From an uncultured Gemmatimonadales bacterium (lineage in GTDB: Bacteria; Gemmatimonadota; Gemmatimonadetes; Palauibacterales; Palauibacteraceae), in NCBI GenBank assembly GCA_947259585.1, contig CAMYMV010000006.1:18025-82024 (forward strand): a stretch of 64,000 nt of DNA, given 5' to 3'. The translations under genes and the position numbers were made by a program. Positions within the stretch are counted from its first letter, which is position 1. Each line of letters starts with the position of its first letter. A model generated the notes under the pieces. That model was given only the letters and a program-made list of their open reading frames with translations. It was not told the origin of the DNA and ran no database searches. Below are positions 7,480-17,129 of the stretch, piece by piece.

Positions 7480-10476
7480 TCACAGAATCCGCCGCAAGGA
7501 CGTTCCAGTGTGGCTGTCATCGGCCGCAGCCACAACCTCCGGCGGTCCCGCCGCCACGATCCGCCCACCGGCCCCTCCTCCCTCGGGCCCCAGATCGATC
7601 ACCCAGTCGGCCGTCTTGACGACGTCGAGCTGGTGCTCGATGACCAGCACGGTGTTGCCTTTCTCCACGAGCTTGTGCAGGACGCGGAGCAGCAGGCGTA
7701 TGTCCTCGAAGTGAAGACCGGTGGTGGGCTCATCCAGAATGTAGAGAGTCCGGCCGGTGCTCCGCTTGGAGAGCTCCGTGGCCAGCTTGACCCTCTGGGC
7801 CTCACCGCCCGAAAGGGTCGTGGCCGGCTGGCCGAGGTGGATGTAGCCGAGCCCCACATCATGGAGGTAGGCGAGCTTGCGGCGGATCGTCGGCACCGGG
7901 TCGAAGAAGGAGAGCGCATCCTCCACGGTCATGTCGAGAACGTCGGCGATGCTCTTCCCCTTATATAGAACCTCCAGCGTCTCCCGGTTGTAGCGCTTCG
8001 CGCGACAGACATCGCACGGCACGTACACGTCCGGCAGGAAGTGCATCTCGATCTTGACGAGGCCGTCGCCCCTGCAGGCCTCACAGCGCCCGCCCTTCAC
8101 GTTGAAGCTGAACCTCCCCGGCGCGTAGCCGCGGATCCGAGACTCGGGTAGCCGGGCGAACATCTCCCGGATCGGTGTGAAAAGGCCCGTGTACGTGGCC
8201 GGGTTGGAGCGCGGGGTGCGGCCGATCGGGCTCTGATCCACGTCGATCACCTTGTCGATCTCCTCCATCCCTTCGATCGCCTCGTGATCGCCCGGTACGG
8301 CGCGGGCCCGGTAGAGCTCGCGCGCCAGCCTGCGGTAGAGGATCTCCTCGACCAGGGTGGATTTCCCCGACCCCGAGACGCCGGTCACGCATATGAAGAG
8401 CCCGAGCGGGAACTCGACGTCGATGTCCTGAAGGTTGTGCTCGCGCGCGCCCCGCACGACCAGCTTCTGATGCCCGTCCGGCGAGCGCCGTCGCTTCGGC
8501 ACCGGGATGCTCCGATCGCCCCTGAGGTAGGCGCCCGTCAGCGACGCCTCGTGGCCCAGCAGATCCTCCACCGTCCCCGACACGATGACCTCGCCGCCGT
8601 GCCGGCCGGCGCCGGGCCCCATGTCCACGACGTAGTCGGCGGAGCGGATCGTCTCCTCGTCGTGCTCCACGACCAGGAGCGTGTTGCCCAGATCGCGAAG
8701 CGTTTCGAGCGTGTCCAGCAGACGCCGGTTGTCGCGCGCGTGGAGGCCGATGCTCGGCTCGTCCAGGACGTAGAGCACGCCGACCAGCCGGCTCCCGATC
8801 TGGGTGGCCAGCCGGATCCGCTGGCTCTCCCCCCCGGAGAGCGTCTCGGCCGCCCTCGAGAGCGTGAGGTAGCCGAGCCCGACATGCACCATGAAGCGGA
8901 GGCGGGAGCAAACCTCCTTGAGGATGGGAGCGACGACTTCCGCCGTCCGGCTGGTGGCTCGAGCGAGCATCTCCTCGAAGAGCTCCAGCGCCTCGTCGAT
9001 CGGAAGCTCCAGCACGTCGGAGATCCGCCGCCCCCCCACCGTCACGGCCAGGCTCTCGGGCCGCAGGCGGGCACCGCCGCACGCCTCACAGGACGAAGCG
9101 ACCATGAAGGCTTCGAGCGCCAGGCGCACCCGGTCCGCCTGCGCTTCCCGGTAGCGGCGCGCCGTGTCGGCGACCGCGCCCTCCCAATCCAGCTCCGGGT
9201 CGCCCTCCAGAACGGCCTCCCGCTGGGCGTCCTCCAGCTCGCCCCACGGAGTGCCGAGCGAAAACCCGTGCTTTTCGGCCAGGGCCGGCAGGATCCGCCG
9301 CCTCAGCCGTCCGGTCGGCCCTCCCCACGGAAGGATGACGCCTTCCATGATGGAGATCGGATCACCCCCCACGATCAGGGAGGGATCGGGCCGCTTCTGA
9401 AGGCCGAGGCCGTCGCACTCCGGACAGGCCCCGTACGGCGAGTTGAAGCTGAACTGACGGGGCTCGAGCTCGGGTATGCTCAGCTCGCACGCCGGGCAGG
9501 CGTACTGCTCGCTGAACAGGTGCCGCCCATCCTGCGGCGAATCCATCTGCAGCACCTCGACGGTGCCGGCCGCCATCCGGAGCGCCGTGCCCACGGAGTC
9601 GGCCAGCCTCTCCCGATCCCGCCCCCGAACGGCCAGTCGGTCGACGACCACCGAGATGTCGTGGCTCGCGCGGCGGTTCAGTCGAGGCGGATCGCTCAGC
9701 TCCACCAGCTCGCCGTCCACCCGCGCCCGCACGAACCCCTCCTTGACCGCCTCCTCGAACAGATCGCGGAACTCGCCTTTGCGGCCCCTGACGAGGGGGG
9801 CGAGGACCTCGATCTTCGTTCTCTCGGGCCAGGTAAGGACCTGCTCGGCGATCTCGGTGGCCGACTGCGGGCGAACGGGCCGGCCGCAGTTGGGGCAGTG
9901 AGGAGTCCCGGCGCGTGCCCAGAGGAGGCGGAGGTAGTCGTGGACCTCCGTGACCGTTCCGACCGTGGAGCGCGGGTTCCGGCTCGCGCTCCGCTGCTCG
10001 ATCGCGATCGCCGGGGAGAGCCCCTCGATCTGATCGACGTCGGGCTTCTCGAGGACGCCGAGGAACTGCCGGGCGTATGCGGAGAGCGACTCCACGTATC
10101 GGCGCTGGCCCTCGGCGTAGATCGTATCGAAGACCAGGGAGGATTTGCCGGAGCCCGAGAGACCCGTCACGACCACCAGGCGATCGCGGGGAATCTCCAC
10201 GTCGATGTTCCGGAGGTTGTGCTCGCGGGCGCCGCGCACGACGAGCGTATCGGACTCGGCCCGGCCCTCCGTGTCGCCAGAGCCCGCCGCTTCGCCGGAG
10301 CCCGCCACTTCGCCAGAGCCCTCCGCTTCGCCGGACCTCGCCTGCACCCCCGAGCCCATTTCTTCGTCGGGGGCGATCAGAACGTCACCCGGGCCGGTCT
10401 GTGCGTCACCCGGCTCCGTCATCCGCGCCTCCGGGCCGGCTACCGCCGAGCCCGCACCGTTCTTCCGCCGCGCCAT
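7480..10476 (-). CDS. uvrA: Excinuclease ABC subunit A (UvrA)
   Basis: Two ABC ATPase modules ([10 protein letters not shown], twice), zinc-finger Cys clusters, and [20 protein letters not shown]. An N-terminal extension of about 75 aa of low-complexity SGEA repeats leaves the true start uncertain. Candidate starts are 10476, 10422 and 10359. Confidence 0.9.
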   Translation of the reverse strand: MARRKNGAGSAVAGPEARMTEPGDAQTGPGDVLIAPDEEMGSGVQARSGEAEGSGEVAGSGEAAGSGDTEGRAESDTLVVRGAREHNLRNIDVEIPRDRLVVVTGLSGSGKSSLVFDTIYAEGQRRYVESLSAYARQFLGVLEKPDVDQIEGLSPAIAIEQRSASRNPRSTVGTVTEVHDYLRLLWARAGTPHCPNCGRPVRPQSATEIAEQVLTWPERTKIEVLAPLVRGRKGEFRDLFEEAVKEGFVRARVDGELVELSDPPRLNRRASHDISVVVDRLAVRGRDRERLADSVGTALRMAAGTVEVLQMDSPQDGRHLFSEQYACPACELSIPELEPRQFSFNSPYGACPECDGLGLQKRPDPSLIVGGDPISIMEGVILPWGGPTGRLRRRILPALAEKHGFSLGTPWGELEDAQREAVLEGDPELDWEGAVADTARRYREAQADRVRLALEAFMVASSCEACGGARLRPESLAVTVGGRRISDVLELPIDEALELFEEMLARATSRTAEVVAPILKEVCSRLRFMVHVGLGYLTLSRAAETLSGGESQRIRLATQIGSRLVGVLYVLDEPSIGLHARDNRRLLDTLETLRDLGNTLLVVEHDEETIRSADYVVDMGPGAGRHGGEVIVSGTVEDLLGHEASLTGAYLRGDRSIPVPKRRRSPDGHQKLVVRGAREHNLQDIDVEFPLGLFICVTGVSGSGKSTLVEEILYRRLARELYRARAVPGDHEAIEGMEEIDKVIDVDQSPIGRTPRSNPATYTGLFTPIREMFARLPESRIRGYAPGRFSFNVKGGRCEACRGDGLVKIEMHFLPDVYVPCDVCRAKRYNRETLEVLYKGKSIADVLDMTVEDALSFFDPVPTIRRKLAYLHDVGLGYIHLGQPATTLSGGEAQRVKLATELSKRSTGRTLYILDEPTTGLHFEDIRLLLRVLHKLVEKGNTVLVIEHQLDVVKTADWVIDLGPEGGGAGGRIVAAGPPEVVAAADDSHTGTSLRRIL
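10273..10344 (-). repeat. 18-bp tandem repeat x4 (TTCGCCRGAGCCCGCCRC) inside uvrA 5' region
   Basis: Direct tandem copies were seen on the plus strand at 10273-10344. They encode [21 protein letters not shown] in the uvrA frame. The unit is a multiple of 3, so copy-number change would preserve the frame. Confidence 0.5.
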
Positions 10477-10477
10477 C

Positions 10478-11398
10478 CTATCGCGGCACCAGGATACGCC
10501 CGGCGCCGGGCATCACCTTGGCCTCGAGCGGCGTTTCGCCCGCCGCCTCACCGTCGATCTGCACTGCAACCGGCGGATCCGCCTCGACCTTCACGCGCTT
10601 CGCCTGGATGAAGAGCATGCGGTCGTCGCCCGCATACCTCTCGCGCGCGACTCGCCAGAGCATCGCCGCCCAGTCCGGAAGCTTCCGAGCCGCGAAGATG
10701 CAGACATCCAGCAGTCCGTCCTGAAAGCAGGCGCGGGGCGCGAGCTTGATGTCCATCGGCAGGGGCGAGACGGCCAACTGCCCGACGTTCGCCACCAGGA
10801 TCATCGACGCCTGAACCTCGAGCTCACGGTCGTCCACGACGAGACGGAACTTGGACGAGCGCGGCGCCAACGCGCTCTTCAGGCCTCCTAGGACGTAGGC
10901 GGCCGGTCCCAGCAGCTTCTTCATCTCCGGCGTCGCCGCGGCGATCAGCTCGGCATCCAGCCCTGCGCCGGCCATGAGCGCGAACACGTCGTCGCCGGCT
11001 CGCCCCAGGTCGATCTGCTCGACCTGTCCCTCGACCGCCACGCGCACAGCGCCTTCGACGGAGGCGGGGATGTCGAAGTTGTTCGCCAGCTGGTTCCCGG
11101 TGCCGAGGGGAAGGATCGCGACCGGGACCTCCGTTCCGGCCGTCCCCCGCAGCGCCTGAGCGACGGTGCCGTCCCCCCCGGCCGCCACGACTGCGCGGAC
11201 CCCTTCGCGGGCAGCGGACCTCGAGATCTCGAGCGCCTCGGCCGGGCTCGCCGACGTTACCAGATCGAACGGGACGTCGTGCTCGGCGAAGGCCGAGGCG
11301 ATCCGGCGGCGCATGACGACCGGCGATTGGCCGCCGCTCGCGGACGGGTTGATGAGGACGAGGAAGCGCTCGGCGCTCGGGTAGGGGACCTCAGGCAC
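10478..11398 (-). CDS. Diacylglycerol kinase catalytic-domain family lipid kinase (YegS/DagK-like)
   Basis: [13 protein letters not shown] ... [10 protein letters not shown] ... PLGTGNQLA ... MAGAGLDAE are the DAGK_cat signature motifs. Confidence 0.8.
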   Translation of the reverse strand: MPEVPYPSAERFLVLINPSASGGQSPVVMRRRIASAFAEHDVPFDLVTSASPAEALEISRSAAREGVRAVVAAGGDGTVAQALRGTAGTEVPVAILPLGTGNQLANNFDIPASVEGAVRVAVEGQVEQIDLGRAGDDVFALMAGAGLDAELIAAATPEMKKLLGPAAYVLGGLKSALAPRSSKFRLVVDDRELEVQASMILVANVGQLAVSPLPMDIKLAPRACFQDGLLDVCIFAARKLPDWAAMLWRVARERYAGDDRMLFIQAKRVKVEADPPVAVQIDGEAAGETPLEAKVMPGAGRILVPR

Positions 11399-12278
11399 TT
11401 CGGCCGGCCTGCTCCTCCAGGCGCCGCACCCGCTCTTCCGTCGGCGGGTGGGTGCGGAAGAGAGAGGCGAACGCCCCGCCGGTCCCTCCGCGCAGCGGGT
11501 TCACGATCGCCAGGTGGGCCGCCGCCGGGTTCACCTGCATCGGGATTCGGCGGGCGCCGTTCTCGAGCTGGCGAAGCGCACTGGCGAGATCGAGCGGCCG
11601 ACCCGAGATGTCGGCGCCCACCCGGTCGGCCCGGTACTCCCCCGTGCGGCTGATCGCCATCTGGACGAGCATCGCCGCCAGCGGAGCGAGTATGAGCATG
11701 AGGATCCCGGCGATCGCGCCTACGGCACCCCTGTCGCGCCCGCCGCCGAACCAGAAGCCGACGCGGGCCAGCGTGACGATTGCCGCCGACATCGTCGCCG
11801 CGACCGTGCCGACGAGCATGTCGCGGTTCTTGATGTGGGCCAGCTCGTGGGCCAGCACGCCGCCCAGCTCGTCACGGCTTAGGCCCTCGAGGATCCCTTG
11901 CGTGACGCACACGACGGCGCGCTCCGGGCTCCGGCCGGTCGCGAAGGCGTTGGGCTGCGAGCTCGGCGCGATCGCCACCGTCGGCATCGGCAGGTCCGCC
12001 CGCCGCCTCAGCACGTCCACCATCGCGTACAGCTCCGGCGCCTCCTCGGGCCCCACCACCTGGGCCCTATACATGCGGAGGACGATCCGGTCGCTGAACC
12101 AGTAGCTGCCGAAGTTGAAGACGGCCGCGAACAGGAGGGCTCCCACCATCCAGTTCGAGCCGCCGAAGAAGCCCGCGATCCCGACGAACAACATCGTCAG
12201 CACCGCCATCAACCCAAATGTCTTCACGTAACTCATGAGGTCACTGTCATCTTCCGTGTCATCCTGCCGTCCTATCAT
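11391..12278 (-). CDS. htpX: M48 zinc metalloprotease HtpX
   Basis: HELAHIKNRDM supplies the HExxH motif. Four TM segments are present. The C-terminus matches HtpX. The start is either the track start at 12278 or the ATG at 12236 (MSYVKTF...). Confidence 0.8.
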   Translation of the reverse strand: MIGRQDDTEDDSDLMSYVKTFGLMAVLTMLFVGIAGFFGGSNWMVGALLFAAVFNFGSYWFSDRIVLRMYRAQVVGPEEAPELYAMVDVLRRRADLPMPTVAIAPSSQPNAFATGRSPERAVVCVTQGILEGLSRDELGGVLAHELAHIKNRDMLVGTVAATMSAAIVTLARVGFWFGGGRDRGAVGAIAGILMLILAPLAAMLVQMAISRTGEYRADRVGADISGRPLDLASALRQLENGARRIPMQVNPAAAHLAIVNPLRGGTGGAFASLFRTHPPTEERVRRLEEQAGRSA

Positions 12279-12380
12279 CCGACGGCGGTCCTACACCCCT
12301 CGGATCCGCGACGGTCCGCTCCACTTTGGCAGAGGCGCCCGCGGCTCAGGGATACCGTACGTACGACCCCTCGCGCCCCT

Positions 12381-12404
12381 CTACATGTACACCTGTACAG
12401 GTAG
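12381..12404 (+). repeat. 24-bp palindromic element copy 1 (CTACATGTACA-CC-TGTACAGGTAG) with conserved flanks
   Basis: A near-perfect inverted repeat with 11-bp arms and 2-nt spacer, one arm mismatch. It is flanked by GCGCCCCT...AGTAAAAGGGGG. The same element and flanks recur at 58036-58059 in opposite orientation. It sits in the 255-bp gap between the tamB-like stop and the htpX start. Confidence 0.5.
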
Positions 12405-12533
12405 AGTAAAAGGGGGTGCAACGGGCCCGCGTCGTCGGGGTGTCCCAGCGAGCGAGCATTGGCTCCGCCGCGATCCTCCCGCCTGAGAGGCGCCCCCAGG
12501 GCTCCGCACCACGAAGAGCCGGCGGTCAGGAAG

Positions 12534-15500
12534 TCAGTACGACCACTCCCGGAAGACGAAGAGCCCGAGGCTCTGCTGCGTCTCCAGGTTAGATCCCGCC
12601 GAGAACAGCCGCTGGAAGCGGTTCTCGTAGCGTGCCTCCAGCGTCCACCCTTCCGCGAAGTACCACTCCAGGGAGACGTCGGGCCGCCGCCCGTCCAGCG
12701 GCTGTGTGTAGGTGAAGAAGACGTCCGGCCCGATGTACGTCCCCACCTCCACTTCGGCGCCCGCGAAGAAGCTGGCGTTCGAGGCTCGCAGCTGGTCGGT
12801 GCCGGCGGATCGCACCTGGAAGAGGTCCAGCCCCAGGTCGCCGACCATGAGCGGCTGGAGCTGAGACCCGAACAGACCGAGCGTGGCCTGCTGGCCCAAG
12901 CCCAGAGCGGTAGCCGCCCCCTGGTTCTCCGTGGCGAACGCCCCGCATGGCCCTCCGAGGGTCAGATAGCAGATCTGGTCCGACTCGCTGAGAGGCGGGT
13001 CGCTGGTAAGAGCCACGTCCATGTCGGAGATCGTGCCCGTCAGGCGAGCCTCGATGTCCAGCTTGCCCCGATCCGTTCGCGTCTGGTGGGTGGCCACGAT
13101 GTCCAGCCTCGGGTTCGGGGTGGGCGAGCCTATGAACTCGATCGTTCCCCCCTCGATCCTGAAATCGCGGCTGCTCGGCAGGCCCTGGAGCCGAAAGCGG
13201 TAGTTGCCCCGCACGAGGTTGAGGCGGCCGACGATCCGCATGTCCTGCTCTGCCGGGTGCATGAGCACGTCGATCTCTCCCCCCAGCTCCACATCCATGT
13301 CGGGCGACCGGAGCCAGGCTCCCGGCCCGACCTCCACGTCCAACTCCGCGCGAAGGGTGTAGAGGAATGATCGCTGCTCGCGCTCGATCAGCCGGCGCTC
13401 CTCGACGAGCGTCGTGTCGATCAGGCTGGCGATCTGTGGGTCGGTGAGGTCGACCACGTCCGGTCCGCGAAAGACCTCTCCCAGCAGGACATTGCCCTCG
13501 CTGAGCCGAACCCGGCCGCCGAGCGTGGGCTCCCGGTAAGAGCCGCCGAGGACCCCATCTCCGGTCACCGCGAAGTTCATCTCCCGCTTGTCTATGGCGC
13601 GGAGCGCGTCGAGGCGGAGATCGAGGTCGAAGGTGGGATCGGCGAAAGTCCCGACTCCCAGCGTGCCGGTCGCCGTCCCCTCGCCGCCGAGCTCCGATCG
13701 AAGCCGGAAGCTCTCGATCCGTGCCTCCTGTCCGTCGAACGTCACCTGCCCCTGCATGTCCGTGTAGCGGACCTGAAGGGGAATCATCCAGGCCGATCCG
13801 TCGGAGAGCTCGAGATCCCCTTCGTAGCGGAAGCCGCCCGGCCGGCCGAGCACGCGAACCGTCCCGTCGAGCTGGCCCTCCACCTCGGTCATGTCGGAGT
13901 TTATCAGGCGGACGATCTCGAATGGGAGCTCCTCGATCCTCACGTTTACGTCGATCGCATCCTCGGGCATCCGCTCCTCGACGGACGTGAAGGAGAGATC
14001 CGCGCGGACCTCCCCTTCGGCCCGGATGGCCGCCCTTCCCTCGCCCATGAGCTCGATCCCGCCCTGAAGGCGCTCGTTCGCGTAGGCGAGGTCGGCCGTG
14101 AATAGGGTGAAGGATGTCGAGTCGAGCTGAGGCCTCTCGGCGACAAGCCGCACATCGATGAGCGGCGACTCCGCCGTCCCGCGCACCTGCAGGCTCCCGC
14201 GCATGAGGCCGTCGACTCGCGAGTCGCCCGGAGCGAGCTCGAGCACCGCACCGACGGGAAGCTCGAAGAGCTCGAGGCCGAAGTCGACGCCTCCCGAGGC
14301 CGGAATCCCGCCATCCAGCCGAACCCGGGATCCGGCTCCGTCCGAGAGAGCCAGCTCGTCGATGACGAGGCCGGAGTCTCCGTAGACGACCCTCGCCGTC
14401 TGCTCCAGCTCGTAGACGTGCTCCCGGAACCTCGCGTCCAGCCGGCTCAGAGTGATGGCCGTCCGTTCGACCTCATCCTCCTCATCCTCTTCTTCTCCCA
14501 CGAATGCGTCGTGCCGGAACTCGCCTTCCGTGGTGATCGACACGGCGGGCGAACGCTCGGCATGGCCGTTGAAGGAGGTCCAGGCGCCCCCCCGCCGGCC
14601 GAGTTGGACGATCAAAAGATCCAGCGGCTGCGACCCGACGAGGCCTCCCGCGAATCCGTAGGCGGTCGCGTCGACCGAGAGGGTGTCCCGGCTCCTCAGG
14701 TTCCTCACCCGGGCGGTCCCTCTCAAGGAGTCCGCCGAGAAGCCGCGGTAGCCGCCTTTGTCGATCAGCACCGCCAGGCGGATCCCCGGGCTCTCCGTGT
14801 TGCCGAAGAAAGCGCCTGAGCCGCTCAGGGTGCCGGCGATCGTGTCCGTCGCGGCGCCGACGGCGGCCTGCGAGGGTGCGAAATCCGCCAGCAGATCCTC
14901 CTGCGCCTCCCGGCTCGCGGCCGCCGGCACATCGGGCATGAGGTCCGATGCGGGCCATCGGTTGAACCGGGAAAGATCGGAGCGCACGTCGAGGAGGAGC
15001 GTCCCGGTCGTGTCGGCGGCCAGCCCGAAGGTCCCGCGGCCGTCGACGCTCGCCAACTCGCTGCGAATCGCGAACGTGTCCACCCGGGCGATTCCGCGTC
15101 CGACCGAGAAGCGGAGGAGGCTCGTGTCGATCCGGGCTCCCTCCACGATCGAAGGCAGGACGGCGAGGTCGAACGTCGCCTCGGCATCGGCGGGATCGGT
15201 CCCCTCGCCACGGACACGCCCGCTTACGGCGAGGTCCGTGCTGGGCCCACCCTCGATCCACTCCCGGAGCTGGATGTCGCTCGCCTCCAACTCGGCCTCG
15301 TACGTCTTTCGCTCGGAGGCGAGGTCGAAGCTCCCGTCGAACGAAAGGCTGCCTCGCGGAGTGAGGAGGTCCGCCTGGGCCCGCAGATCGCGGGTGGGGC
15401 CCGAGAGCGAGACGGCACCGCGAACCGAGCCTATGAGCGTCGCCTGGGGGATGTACATGTCGACGGCTATCAGCTGGAGCGGACCCAGCGTGGCATCCAG

Positions 15501-17129
15501 CTCGACGGCCGGCGTCGGCTTGTGGATCGCCAGGCCGCCGTCGAGTCGCGAAACCACGCCCGAGGCGGTTCGATGCTCGAAGTTCGCTACCACGCGGACC
15601 GTATCGTCGGGCAGATCATCGACGACCACCCGCCCGTCGATGCGCCCCTCGAACTGGTTGGGAAGCTCGACGATCGCCGTCCAACGCGGCTCGAACGCCG
15701 CGAGATCGAGGACGAGACCGCTCATCAGGCGCGGCTCCACGATCCCGGCCTTCCCCGCCATTCTCACGCGGGACGGCTCCGCCTCTCCGTCGAGGCTCTC
15801 GGCCGTCAGGTCCGCGACCAGGTCGATGGCGTCCATCGGCCCGGTGCCCGACAACGGCCCCCTCAGGTAGCCGTCGATCAGGCTCTCCCGCTCCAGGATC
15901 TCGTCCACGAGCTCGAGGCGGAGGGGATCGAACCGTACGCTCAGGGAATCGAAGCTCGGCATAATGCCCAGCTCCACCACCATGCCTCCATCCATGCGGG
16001 AGTCCCGCACTCGGACCTCCGAGTCTCGCAGCTCGACGAACGTGTCCCCACCGTGCGAGCGGATGACGACGTCGCCCGGCCCGCCTCCTTCCCGCGGGAC
16101 GGGGATCGGAAGCCACTGGAGATCCGCGAACCCGATCGGATCGCCGTCGAGGTCGAAGCGAAAGTCCGTGCCCTCGCCGCTCTCCGTGTTGTCGCCGCTG
16201 GCGATCCAGCCGCGCCCGGTGAGCCGGCTGGCGCCCAGCTCCGCCTCGCGGACCTCGAACCGTATGCTGTCCTCGAACACCATCGAGCCGTCGAATCGGC
16301 GGAAGTCGAGCGGCTGGGTCACCGCCTTGATCCGGGCGCTCATCTCCAGGTCGATCCGGACCGGCTTTTCGGGCTCGGCAATCCGCACGAGCGGAAAACG
16401 CCCGGAGAGCCCGGTCGCGCGGATCACCCGAACGAACCCGTCACCTTCGGGCTCGACGTTCCACACGGTCTCGCCGGCAAGCGCAGCCCGCGCCGCCGCC
16501 TCGTAGGCCTCGCCGGTCAGGTCATGCGCCCACGGCCAGATGAGCGCGACCTCGCCCTCGCGGACCTGTCCGTCGAGGATCGCCACGCGAACGCCCTCGG
16601 GCTCCAGCGCGGGCACGGGCGGCGGAAACGGCGTGGGGGCGGGAATCGGCAGCAGCCGCTCATCGGGAATCGTGTCCGGCTCGCCGCCGAAGATGCGGTC
16701 GAAGTTCCAGTCGCCCTCGGGATACTGACGCAGGATCAGCTTCAGGCGATCCGCGGACAGCCGCCGAAACGTGTAGCGTTCGCCGAGGATCCCGAACGGG
16801 CTATAGGAGAGCCGAACGTCGTCGAGCTCCACGAACAGCTCGCCGTCCGGCCCCGAGATCCTGACGCGCTCCAGATGGACGCGGGTGAGCAGGTTGCCTC
16901 CGACGACCGGGCCCAGCTCGACCGTTCCGTTGAACGCGCCGGTCAAGGCGCCTTCGATGTAGGAGAGCGCCTTGTTGCGCCCTAACTCCGTCTGCGTGGC
17001 GCCGAAGAGGGCGACGGCGGCGCCCAAGCTGACGAAGCCGGCCAGCACGCCGGCCGCCCGCACGAGGTACGTGGCGGCGATCCCGTGCGCTCTGAGCACG
17101 CTCCTCAGCCAGCTTCGGGGCGACTTCAT
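12534..17129 (-). CDS. tamB: Translocation and assembly module subunit TamB-like (AsmA-family, DUF490 C-terminus), 1531 aa
   Basis: An N-terminal signal-anchor helix, a very long beta-rich body and a conserved C-terminal region typical of TamB. The ATG at 17127-17129 shares its A with the TGA of the upstream Omp85 gene (TGATG). Confidence 0.8.
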   Translation of the reverse strand: MKSPRSWLRSVLRAHGIAATYLVRAAGVLAGFVSLGAAVALFGATQTELGRNKALSYIEGALTGAFNGTVELGPVVGGNLLTRVHLERVRISGPDGELFVELDDVRLSYSPFGILGERYTFRRLSADRLKLILRQYPEGDWNFDRIFGGEPDTIPDERLLPIPAPTPFPPPVPALEPEGVRVAILDGQVREGEVALIWPWAHDLTGEAYEAAARAALAGETVWNVEPEGDGFVRVIRATGLSGRFPLVRIAEPEKPVRIDLEMSARIKAVTQPLDFRRFDGSMVFEDSIRFEVREAELGASRLTGRGWIASGDNTESGEGTDFRFDLDGDPIGFADLQWLPIPVPREGGGPGDVVIRSHGGDTFVELRDSEVRVRDSRMDGGMVVELGIMPSFDSLSVRFDPLRLELVDEILERESLIDGYLRGPLSGTGPMDAIDLVADLTAESLDGEAEPSRVRMAGKAGIVEPRLMSGLVLDLAAFEPRWTAIVELPNQFEGRIDGRVVVDDLPDDTVRVVANFEHRTASGVVSRLDGGLAIHKPTPAVELDATLGPLQLIAVDMYIPQATLIGSVRGAVSLSGPTRDLRAQADLLTPRGSLSFDGSFDLASERKTYEAELEASDIQLREWIEGGPSTDLAVSGRVRGEGTDPADAEATFDLAVLPSIVEGARIDTSLLRFSVGRGIARVDTFAIRSELASVDGRGTFGLAADTTGTLLLDVRSDLSRFNRWPASDLMPDVPAAASREAQEDLLADFAPSQAAVGAATDTIAGTLSGSGAFFGNTESPGIRLAVLIDKGGYRGFSADSLRGTARVRNLRSRDTLSVDATAYGFAGGLVGSQPLDLLIVQLGRRGGAWTSFNGHAERSPAVSITTEGEFRHDAFVGEEEDEEDEVERTAITLSRLDARFREHVYELEQTARVVYGDSGLVIDELALSDGAGSRVRLDGGIPASGGVDFGLELFELPVGAVLELAPGDSRVDGLMRGSLQVRGTAESPLIDVRLVAERPQLDSTSFTLFTADLAYANERLQGGIELMGEGRAAIRAEGEVRADLSFTSVEERMPEDAIDVNVRIEELPFEIVRLINSDMTEVEGQLDGTVRVLGRPGGFRYEGDLELSDGSAWMIPLQVRYTDMQGQVTFDGQEARIESFRLRSELGGEGTATGTLGVGTFADPTFDLDLRLDALRAIDKREMNFAVTGDGVLGGSYREPTLGGRVRLSEGNVLLGEVFRGPDVVDLTDPQIASLIDTTLVEERRLIEREQRSFLYTLRAELDVEVGPGAWLRSPDMDVELGGEIDVLMHPAEQDMRIVGRLNLVRGNYRFRLQGLPSSRDFRIEGGTIEFIGSPTPNPRLDIVATHQTRTDRGKLDIEARLTGTISDMDVALTSDPPLSESDQICYLTLGGPCGAFATENQGAATALGLGQQATLGLFGSQLQPLMVGDLGLDLFQVRSAGTDQLRASNASFFAGAEVEVGTYIGPDVFFTYTQPLDGRRPDVSLEWYFAEGWTLEARYENRFQRLFSAGSNLETQQSLGLFVFREWSY

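Noticed and set aside
7190-7480. Possible tmRNA or SRP RNA in the AT-richer intergenic island (GGGGCTTCGCTCGAC resembles a tmRNA 5' end; CAAGGCCAGGAAGGACAC resembles an SRP helix-8 segment)
   Set aside because: There is no tRNA-like 3' end (T-arm GGTTCGA.TCC with CCA-proximal acceptor complement). There is no tag-peptide reading frame ending in a stop. The SRP GGAA tetraloop context (CC-GGAA-GG) is missing.
8284-10611. Very long antisense ORFs opposite conserved genes (e.g. 8284-10611 + opposite uvrA; 626-1993 -; 15522-16985 +; 29363-30568 +; 25429-27285 +; 50346-52157 -)
   Set aside because: High GC suppresses stop codons in all frames. These ORFs overlap well-supported conserved genes. Their translations are Arg/Pro/Gly-rich low-complexity with no family resemblance.
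12378-12406. The 24-bp palindromes as Rho-independent terminators
   Set aside because: No U-tract follows the hairpin on either strand in either copy, and the loop would be only 2 nt. The shared non-palindromic flanks point to a repeat-family element.
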